In this document: in pieces, positions 60,501 to 64,000 of the stretch
Position numbering within the stretch: the first letter of the stretch is position 1
Layout: the number at the start of each line of letters is the position of its first letter
Source: Chitinophagaceae bacterium
Lineage (GTDB): Bacteria; Bacteroidota; Bacteroidia; Chitinophagales; Chitinophagaceae
Reading direction: 5' to 3'
Length of the DNA stretch: 64,000 nucleotides
Assembly: GCA_035628135.1 (NCBI GenBank)
Contig: DASPKM010000004.1
Location: 362,596-426,595 of the forward strand
Program-made: the position numbers and the translations under genes
Notes under the pieces: model-generated
Databases searched by the model: none
What the model saw: only the letters and a program-made list of their open reading frames with translations
Told to the model about the DNA's origin: nothing

Positions 60501-63500
60501 CGGTCTGCTTTTCCATTCAATTCAGCATAAGTGAGCCGCTCGTCTTTAAATATTATCGCAAAGTTATCGGGCGTATTTGCAACCTGTTGTTCGAACAGGC
60601 TTACGAGTGTATCATCCTGCGCACATTCTACGGTAGTAGCATTGTATTCCCGCAGGAGTTGGTCCACTTCTTCGTCGGCCAGGTACTCATACTCGTCCAA
60701 TGCCTTGTCAGGATCATCGGAAATGGCACCCAGCAAGCGGTCCAGGTGATAACACATTTTTTCGATCCGGGCTTCATTGAATATGTCCGTATTATACTCT
60801 ATTGAAAGCTGCAAACCATCCGGCCGTTCGCCGAAATGGAAGGTAAGGTCGAACTTGCTGATGGGGACTACCAGCGCGCTGTCTGATATCTCAACGCCAT
60901 CCAATGCGGGAGTATCGCTCTTGCCTTCTTCGTCGAGGTTTTCCAATGAAACCATTACATCGAATATGGCCGATCGGCTCATGTCGCGCGAAAGGTCGAG
61001 GTCTTCCACGAGCCTGTCGAATGGATATACCTGGTGATTATATGCCTCCAGCGCGGTTTGTTTCACTTCCTGCAACAATCCCCTGAAGCCTGCGCCGGCA
61101 TTAAATTGCGTGCGCAGCACCAGCGTGTTCACATAAAACCCTATCTGGTCTTCCAGGTCAGGATGTTCCCTACCGGCAACTGGCGAGCCAACAATAATAT
61201 CCTGCTGACCTGTGTAACGGTACAACAGCAGTTTAACGATCGCCACCAATCCCATGAAGAGCGTGGCATCCTGTTCGCGGTTCAGTGCGGAGAATTTTTC
61301 GAGACGGGCCGTGGGCAGCCAGCGATAACACTGTTTACCATTGTACGTTTTAACGGGCGGCCGCGGCCTGTCCCCTGCCAGCTCTATCACGGGCAGTTCT
61401 CCTGACAGCTTATTCAGCCAGTATTGCTGGTGGGTAGCAAGGCTTTCGCCACTCAGTTCCTGCAATTGCCAGGCGGCATAGTCCTTATACTGTATGCGCA
61501 ATGGTGGCAGCACATCTGCCTTGCCGCTGCGGTATGCATCGTACAATGCCAGTACTTCTCTTACCAATACATTGATAGACCACTCGTCGGATATAATATG
61601 ATGAATGTTGAAAAGGAACAAATGCTCATCGTCCTTTATTCTTAGCAGCTTAACCTTGAGCAGGGGGCCCCGTTCCAAATCGAATGGTTCAGCGGATGAT
61701 AGCTGTATCTCGGTTTGCGCTGCCAATTCCGGATCTTCCTCGTTACGCAAATCCTTGTGATCAACCGCAAAACCGCTTTGCTCAAACGTGAGTATCCTTT
61801 GCCGTGCCTCTCCATCCACCAACTCGAATACGGTGCGCAGGCTTTCATGCCGCTCTACCAACGCGTGGAACGCCCAGGCCAACGCTTCGCCATCCAGCAT
61901 GCCTTTGAACCGGTAGCTCATTGGAATGATATACGCCAGTGCAACTTCTTCGAACTGGTTCAGCACCCACAAACGGCGTTGCGCATGCGAAATTGGATAA
62001 GTATCCTGCTCTTCCACCCGCTCGATTTGCTTGTATGCCTGCCTGCGCGAATTGGCCACCAGTGCCGCAAGGTCCGACAGAATAGCATGTGTAAACAGGT
62101 CCTTCAATTCCAGCTTTACCGACATGTCCTTGTAAATCCTCGACATTACCTGCACGGCCTTAAGGCTGTGCCCGCCCATTTCAAAGAAATTATCGGCCAT
62201 GCCAACCTGCTCGCGGTTCAATACCGATTGCCATATGCCCGCAAGCTTTTTCTCTATGGAATTGCGGGGTGCTATGTATTCTTTTACAGATCTGCCTTGT
62301 GGATCGGGCAAGGCCTTCTTATCGATCTTTCCATTGGGAGTGAGCGGAATGCTTTCCAGCGGGATCAGCCAGGACGGGACCATGTGCGCCGGCAACTGGC
62401 CCGAAAGCCATGAACGTACTTCCTCGGGGTCGAGTGTTGTGGAAGGAACATAATAACCCACCAGGGATTTTTCGTTTTGCCAATTGTATGCTGTAACCAC
62501 GGCCTGCGTAATATTCTCGTGCGAGGTGAGCGCTTGTTCCACTTCGCCCAGTTCGATCCGATAGCCACGGATCTTTACCTGGTGGTCGTAGCGGCCCGTA
62601 AATACCACTCTTCCGTCGGGCAGCCAATAGCCAGTGTCACCGGTCCTGTATAACCGGCCGTCGCCAAATGGGTTTGCAATAAATTTTTCTGCTGTAAGTT
62701 CTTCGCGGTTATGGTATCCTCTTGCCAGGCCTGCGCCCCCAATGCAAATTTCTCCGCGCACGCCAATTCCCTGCAATTGCATTTTCTCGTCTACGATGTA
62801 CACTGTGCGGTTTGCAATAGGCTTGCCGACTATGTTCGTATTCGCCAATGAATCCACCTTATTGTATGTAGTGCAAATGGTAGATTCCGCGGGACCGTAA
62901 GTATTATAAACAGGAACTTTTTCAATGAGCTTATCGATATAGCTTGCTTTCAATTCATCGCCGCCGCTCAGGATCACGCGTAAAGAAGAAAGTCCATCCT
63001 GTAATTGATTGAGCCCGTTGATCACCAATGGGGTCGTACTGATAATGGTCACCTGCTCCTCGTCGATGATCGATGCGAGGGCTTCTATATCCCTTCCACC
63101 TTCTTTGGCTATTACCAGTTTGGCGCCTGTTGAAAGCGGCGCAAATACTTCTTCCACCATGGTATCAAATGCAACCGAACACTGCTGCACAACGGCATCT
63201 TCGTGGGTAATGTTGAAGTAGTTAACAACGGTTTGGATGTAATCTGCTATGGAAGCGTGTTCAATCAGCACGCCCTTGGGTTTGCCGGTAGAACCGGACG
63301 TATAGATCACTTGCGCCAGTTGGTGTGGTGCAGGCAGAGACAATGGATCATGCGTTTCACATGCATCGACAGCAGGCTGTGCTTCCTGCAATAACACCGC
63401 ATTTTCAAAGCCACGCTTATCAGTCAGCAATAGTTTAACCGAAGCGTCCTGTAATAAATAATTGATCCTTTCTTCGGGATAATCAGGATCTATAGACAGG

Positions 63501-64000
63501 AAAGCCGCGCCTGATTTGAGTATGGCCAATAAAGTAATTACGGTTTGTTCGGACCGGTCTACGAGCGAACCTACCAATTCACCAGGTTGTACATCGAAAG
63601 TAGTGCGCAGGTAGTGCGCAAGCCGGTTGGCCCGTTCATTTAATTCCCGGTAGGTGATCCTGTAATCTCCGGCAACCAGTGCAATGGCATTTGGATAGTT
63701 TGCAACGCTCTGCGCGAACATGTCCACCACGGTACGTGGTTCATAATGGAAGGCGGTATTGTTGAACTCCTGTTGAATGAGCAATTGCTCATCCACGGTA
63801 AGGTACTGCAACTGCTGCAGCGATTGTGCAGGTTGTTCTATTATGGTTGACAACAACTGCTGCAAGTACTTTGCAATGCGTTCGATGCGCTCACGGTCAT
63901 AGATGTCCATGTTGTATTCAATCGACATCATCATGCCGTCGGCCGCTTCACGGAAGAAGAAAGTGAGGTCAAACATGCTTACGGGAATGGCCAGTGCATT
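45569..64000 (-). CDS. non-ribosomal peptide synthetase, 3' part (at least 6 C-A-PCP modules plus terminal thioesterase); the gene continues past the window end
   Basis: 6135-aa in-window ORF with no in-frame stop up to position 64000. Six PCP motifs FF(E/D)(L/M)GGHSLKAV, six A-domain cores (YTSGSTGxPKGV), C-domain HHI(I/V)SD(E/G)WS motifs, and a C-terminal GFSFAALMAYETAKLL (GxSxG) thioesterase. Confidence 0.95.
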   Translation of the reverse strand, partial: NALAIPVSMFDLTFFFREAADGMMMSIEYNMDIYDRERIERIAKYLQQLLSTIIEQPAQSLQQLQYLTVDEQLLIQQEFNNTAFHYEPRTVVDMFAQSVANYPNAIALVAGDYRITYRELNERANRLAHYLRTTFDVQPGELVGSLVDRSEQTVITLLAILKSGAAFLSIDPDYPEERINYLLQDASVKLLLTDKRGFENAVLLQEAQPAVDACETHDPLSLPAPHQLAQVIYTSGSTGKPKGVLIEHASIADYIQTVVNYFNITHEDAVVQQCSVAFDTMVEEVFAPLSTGAKLVIAKEGGRDIEALASIIDEEQVTIISTTPLVINGLNQLQDGLSSLRVILSGGDELKASYIDKLIEKVPVYNTYGPAESTICTTYNKVDSLANTNIVGKPIANRTVYIVDEKMQLQGIGVRGEICIGGAGLARGYHNREELTAEKFIANPFGDGRLYRTGDTGYWLPDGRVVFTGRYDHQVKIRGYRIELGEVEQALTSHENITQAVVTAYNWQNEKSLVGYYVPSTTLDPEEVRSWLSGQLPAHMVPSWLIPLESIPLTPNGKIDKKALPDPQGRSVKEYIAPRNSIEKKLAGIWQSVLNREQVGMADNFFEMGGHSLKAVQVMSRIYKDMSVKLELKDLFTHAILSDLAALVANSRRQAYKQIERVEEQDTYPISHAQRRLWVLNQFEEVALAYIIPMSYRFKGMLDGEALAWAFHALVERHESLRTVFELVDGEARQRILTFEQSGFAVDHKDLRNEEDPELAAQTEIQLSSAEPFDLERGPLLKVKLLRIKDDEHLFLFNIHHIISDEWSINVLVREVLALYDAYRSGKADVLPPLRIQYKDYAAWQLQELSGESLATHQQYWLNKLSGELPVIELAGDRPRPPVKTYNGKQCYRWLPTARLEKFSALNREQDATLFMGLVAIVKLLLYRYTGQQDIIVGSPVAGREHPDLEDQIGFYVNTLVLRTQFNAGAGFRGLLQEVKQTALEAYNHQVYPFDRLVEDLDLSRDMSRSAIFDVMVSLENLDEEGKSDTPALDGVEISDSALVVPISKFDLTFHFGERPDGLQLSIEYNTDIFNEARIEKMCYHLDRLLGAISDDPDKALDEYEYLADEEVDQLLREYNATTVECAQDDTLVSLFEQQVANTPDNFAIIFKDERLTYAELNGKADRLAHYLSAKGAVTEMLIPICIDRSIEMIVAILGVLKAGCAYVPIDPDYPADRIRYMLEDTGASMIITTPAVVDKIPTTGIETIVLDEELFNGRANTFINPDIQPNHLAYIIYTSGSTGKPKGVMIEHRNVVNFIKGQTNFFGMTSDEKILQFSNYCFDASVEQIFLALLNGASLVMFPQGLQYDIDAFEQFVLDQSITHLHATPGFLENLKGENAGALRRVVAGGDLCKKELAAKWMDRVAFYNKYGPTEITVTAIQHHVRELADNSYSLPIGRPVTNGTVYIVDKAHKLVTSGNKGEICVGGAQVARGYLNRPELTEQKFIDNPFTNDGSKLYKTGDLGRWLPDGTIEYLGRIDEQVKIRGYRIEPGEVERALASHPAIKQAVVIARSKQDDKFLVGYFTSDETLDAPTLKSYLQQQLPDYMIPAWFVQVENIPLTPNGKVDKKALPQADGSPAREYIPPRTTIEKKLVAIWEEVLNRQQVGMADNFFDLGGHSLKAVQVMSRIYKELSVKLELKELFTHSVLSDLALLVTNSRRQAYKPIDKAPEQDTYPISHAQRRLWVLNQFEEMSLAYIIPLSYRFRGTMDGAALSWAFHELVQRHESLRTVFELVDGEARQRILPFEQSGFAVDHKDLRNEEDAELAAQNEIQASSLEPFDLQRGPLLRVKLLRIKDDEHLFLCNIHHIISDEWSINVLIGEVLALYDAHRAGKDNMLAPLPIQYKDYAVWQLQELSGESLAAHQQYWLNKLSGELPVLELPGDRPRPPVKTHNGKQRYHWLPTERQKKLLALNREQDATLFMGLVAAVKLLLYRYTGQTDIIIGSPVAGREHPDLEGQIGFYVNTLVLRTQLDGNLGFRELLQQVKQTALEAYNHQVYPFDRLVEDLDLARDVSRSAVFDVMVALQNRSDEDTSEKPVPVLDGVEISDTELIVPISKFDLTFHFGERPDGIMLCIEYNTDIYNDERIERMCQHLDSLLGAALEEPGKPVSDYAYLAQEETELLLQTYNSTAAEYPADKSIVDLFEEQAAITPSGIALEFEDKQLTYQELNYKADRVAAHLLTKGATAEMPVPVCIDRSPELIIAILGILKAGCAYVPIDPKYPADRIRYMLQDTGASMIISSQSIVDKISGDNVDVILLSDELLSVRLLRKEPFGHVHPASLAYIMYTSGSTGTPKGVMVTHGNVVSLVKGTEHVSSDVDDILLSTGSASFDATTFEYWSMLLNGGRLVMCAEEKLLDTALLKDEITNRRVSKMWFTSSWFNQVVDSDITVFEGLQTILVGGEKLSERHIGKLKESYPSINIINGYGPTENTTFSLIYAIQGEEVRRSIPIGCPLNNRKVYILDKHRKLVAIGNPGEICVGGAGLSRGYLNREELTAEKFIDDPFSDEPGAKLYRTGDLGRWLTDGNIEYLGRMDEQVKIRGYRIEPGEIENMLTAFPGINQAVVVVRTTQEDKFLAGYFTADETIDAVAVKEYLKQRLPDYMVPAWLLQIESMPLTPNGKVDKKALPQADGRPVVEYIPPRTTIEKQLAAIWQEVLNCERVGMADHFFDMGGHSLKAVQVMTKIYKELSVKLGLNDLFTHPVLADLAALVTNSRREAYKPIERVEEQDTYAVSHSQRRLWVLNQFEEVAAAYNIPMTYSFTGELDTNALTLAFETLVQRHESLRTVFEMVDGEPRQRILTYEQSGFAVEYADLRNEEDPKKAAQAVMQSAAVEPFDLQHGPLLRVKLLHIQDDEYKFLLNIHHIVSDGWSNNVLIQDVLALYEAYHNNKEANLPPLIIQYKDYAAWQLQELSGDNLVAHQQYWLDKLSGELPVLQLAGDKPRPAVKTYNGKEWGVKLPAQYREQFLAMVREQDATLFMGSVALVKLLLYRYTGQQDIIVGSPVAGREHPDLEFQIGFYVNTLALRTQLDANDNFRQLLQRVKETSLGGFEHQVYPFDRLVEDLNLPRDMSRSPLFDVMVTFTNHVAGSKNDTEAMSEVDVSNDDSVTLPISKFDLTFNFTEHADGILLCIEYNTDIYTDERIEQMGGHVQRLLDAIFAEPAKPLHAYEYLSQEEQKQLLQDFNNTTVDYPQDRTIIDLFEQQVANAPANLALSHGERQLTYEQLNEKATDLARHLLQKGITPEMPVPVCIHRSIDLIVAMLGIMKAGGAYVPVDPEYPADRIRYMLEDTGATIFITTKPVLDKINSEGISAILIDDELPSLHFQTTTPLRPHSHNLAYIIYTSGSTGKPKGVMIEHRNLANLIEWHKRVFGVSASSRATTMAGVGFDAFGVETWPYLSAGASIHIVDDHTRVVPQLLLQQLTNDEITHSYMPTALVPDFVKASRNVEMSLRYVFTGGDKLLSLDIQGLAYKIVDNYGPAENTIVTTIYTLAEVNKDVMPPIGKPIDNTSVYILGSEKQLQPVGVPGEIYIAGAGLARGYFNREALTQERFASNPYANDGSKIYRTGDLGRWLPDGNIEFMGRIDEQVKIRGYRIELGEIENVLATYPGIRKAVVILRTTHNDRFLVCYYTADVALNAVELREFLRQQLPDYMVPAWLLQLENIPLTPNGKVDRKALPQADGRPLVEYIPPRSTIEKQLVAIWQEILDREQVSMADNFFDLGGHSLKAVQVMTRIYKDLSVKLELNELFTHAVLADLAVLVTNSRREAYKPIERVEEQETYPVSHSQRRLWVINQFEEVNAAYNIPISYKFVGELDRDALERAFHALVARHESLRTVFEIVNGEPRQRILSVEETRFAVTYKDLRDEEDPKKAARDEMQSAAVETFDLLHGPLLRVTLLHVQDNEYHFLLNVHHIVSDGWSNNVMIQDTLALYEAYHTGKEPDLVPLTIQYKDYAAWQLQELEGEALAGHQQYWLNKLSGELPILELAGDRPRPPVKTYSGNEFGIKLSAAHREKLLALVREHDATLFMGALAAVKLLLYRYTGQQDIIIGTPVAGREHPDLEFQIGFYVNTLALRTRFDAQDSFIQLLQKIKETSLGGYQHQVYPFDRLVEDLKLPRDLSRSALFDVMVTVTNYAEASKNDTEVMADVDVSNDDSFNLPNSKFDLTFNFAERPDGMLFSIEYNTDIFNESSIERMCRHMERLLEAALDEPTKPLHAYEYLSADEVNQLLHDYNNTMVEYPKEKTIVDLLNEQAAKTPGNLALASGDQRLTYEELEEAANRLAGYLIAKGITPETPVPICMGRSAQVIVAMLAVLKAGAAYVPIDPGYPVDRIRYMLEDVHASIIISTKSIAEKLVGTNADIILLDDESIADHLQVCTFTQLHIQPEQLAYIIYTSGSTGRPKGVMIEHRGFVNLIEWQKRVSEVSDSSKVISISGIGFDAFGFEVWPHLAAGASVYIMDDEKRVSAKHILQELITIEATHCFIATALVPEFVKASRNIDLSLRYLLTGGDKLLSLDTSGLCYRIVNNYGPTENTVVATHYVLAENKRDIIPPIGSPIDNTRVYILGPEKQLQPAGVPGEICIAGTGIARGYLNQESLTQERFIPNPFAGEGAKMYKTGDLGRWLPDGNIEYMGRIDQQVKMRGYRIELGEIENVMTAHHAIAQAVVVMQSKRDDKFLVGYYTAEEAVEPAALKEYLRQQLPDYMIPAWLVQIESIPLTPNGKVDKKALPQADGRPVVEYIPPRTAIEKQLVAIWQEVLGIAQVGMADNFFDLGGHSLKAVQVMTRIYKDLSVRLELNELFTHGVLSELALLVTNSRREAYKPIERVPEQETYPISHSQRRLWVLNQFEEVAVAYNIPITYTFVGDLDREALEKAFDTLVQRHESLRTVFEVVNGEPRQRILPAAESKCAVEYIDLRNESESLQIAQAEMQAAAVQPFDLQHGPLLRVKLLHVKDNEYHFLLNVHHIISDGWSNNVLIQDVLALYDAYHKGKEPNLPDLTIQYKDYAAWQLQELEGENLATHQQYWLDKLSGELPVLSIPGDRPRPPVKTYNGNVLYVNFSAEHRDKLLALVRDQDATLFMGVLAMVKLLLYRYTGQQDMIVGSPVAGREHPDLEFQIGFYVNTLALRTQFDQHDSFIQLLQQVKDTALDAYRHQVYPFDRLVEDLDLARDMSRSALFDVMVTLTNNVEGNENDTEVMGGIDVSNDDASLNMPISKFDVSFFFAETTRGLSLGLEYNTDIFNTERIERMGNHLQALLDAVLSDPAQPLHTYQYIDEQEKEKLLQPNKDVQVDEAPVNTAVQRFEAQAAQTPDAIAVISGDAKLTYKELNEKANQLAHYLIEEHSVVPEELVGLRMERDEWLVIAILGVFKSGAAYLPIDMNYPSDRVQYMLQNSAAKLVLDSDNPPTLGNYSTDNPVNSAQPNHLAYVIYTSGSTGEPKGVMIEHHSVVNMLNGVGDEISITASDVLLAVTTHAFDMSVVEILLPLVTGAQLVLASNDAIRDVRQLSALIGSTRPTIMQATPGLWNMLASTAWEGSKDLRIISGGESIPQALAEHLLQCTGKVWNMYGPTEVTVYATQVQLQSADEVVLIGKPLRNTQAYILDEHMQLVGQGIPGTLYIGGAGLARGYINREDLTAERFVQNPFAEGERLYNTGDICCWVGDGRIRYFGRNDDQVKIRGYRIEPGEVEKVLRETTGIQQGVIVCKEKKDDKFLVAYYTADTVIPVNTIRNYMRSKLPDFMMPSWFVQLEKMPLTPNGKIDKKALPEPDKRSDKQYIAPRNAMEEKLAAIWMDVLEREKVGVEDNFFELGGHSLKAVQMMSFINKAFGSKLTLKDVLNGPTVESLAKVIAYGNYMKGTVIHLNNIRPGRQNIYFVPALIGSSIMYMGLAAELDNQFNCYGLQDQGFDADAPFAEHVDAKVKHYMDEILAIHDKEEEIVLFGFSFAALMAYETAKLLERNGHRVKLVVLDSSIRTRKAKKARKEDTEEVAKALNEDFEWSAGQLRTVGFSDEDVVRIKELWLHNISLRNNYVMSGPINGEIMALKARDNVDDDFVNMKKWKKFTTNKFSHFYVLGNHYDVLALPKNMLIISEHLSKLCAPGK
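45572..46330 (-). other. NRPS thioesterase (TE) domain
   Basis: Last ~255 aa, with a GxSxG nucleophile elbow (GFSFAA) after PCP6. Confidence 0.7.
46330..49440 (-). other. NRPS module 6 (C6 about 48110..49440; A6 about 46540..48110; PCP6 about 46330..46540)
   Basis: PCP GGHSL codons at 46433..46447, A-domain core YTSGSTGEPKGV at about 47560..47600, C-domain HHIISDG at about 48962..48985. Boundaries approximate (within about 100 nt). Confidence 0.6.
49441..52590 (-). other. NRPS module 5 (C-A-PCP)
   Basis: PCP GGHSL codons at 49538..49552. Boundaries estimated from the ~3.15-kb module periodicity. Confidence 0.55.
52591..55740 (-). other. NRPS module 4 (C-A-PCP)
   Basis: PCP GGHSL codons at 52694..52708. 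Confidence 0.55.
55741..58910 (-). other. NRPS module 3 (C-A-PCP)
   Basis: PCP GGHSL codons at 55844..55858. Confidence 0.55.
58911..62060 (-). other. NRPS module 2 (C-A-PCP)
   Basis: PCP GGHSL codons at 59015..59029. Confidence 0.55.
62061..64000 (-). other. NRPS module 1 (truncated C, A1, PCP1)
   Basis: PCP GGHSL codons at about 62168..62182. Only the last ~60 aa of the C domain lie inside the window. Confidence 0.55.

Noticed and set aside
45789-63394. Dozens of 60-230-aa plus-strand ORFs listed in the six-frame track inside the NRPS region
   Set aside because: All are antisense to a 6135-codon ORF with unmistakable NRPS domain periodicity. They arise from the GC-biased codon usage of the sense strand.

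Overview
This 64-kb window looks like chromosome from a Bacteroidota organism, probably Chitinophagaceae or Sphingobacteriia. Evidence for that: about 48-50% GC, a C-terminal T9SS sorting domain on a secreted amylase, mostly no Shine-Dalgarno sequences, and LytTR, ECF-sigma and lipoprotein-rich content. From left to right the window contains the following. (1) A LytTR two-component system flanked by two paralogous secreted proteins, plus an M23 peptidase, a TPR protein, an AraC regulator divergent from a hydrolase, and a di-haem cytochrome c peroxidase. (2) A tRNA-Ser(CGA) followed by a roughly 5-kb AT-rich array of five compact cassettes, all on the minus strand. The cassettes are separated by imperfect direct repeats that look like tRNA 3' ends, and no integrase is in view. 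This is the most unusual structure in the window. (3) Accessory genes: an esterase, an HxxxD acyltransferase, an AlkC-like alkylation repair protein, an ECF sigma/anti-sigma pair, and an ankyrin protein. (4) A cluster of six tRNAs (Glu, Asp, Arg, Ile, Lys, Asn) followed by about 330 nt of scrambled tRNA-like fragments. Downstream of these are an SPFH protein, a DUF1905 protein and a SIR2-CHAT-like fusion that is a candidate defence gene. (5) A GH13 amylase with a T9SS C-terminal domain, a GH109-like oxidoreductase and OxyR. (6) An NRPS biosynthetic cluster on the minus strand: a KamA-like radical SAM aminomutase, a TauD/SyrP-like hydroxylase, a CmlA-like diiron beta-hydroxylase, and a giant NRPS with at least six C-A-PCP modules plus a TE that runs off the window end. 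No CRISPR arrays, rRNA genes or transposases were seen.
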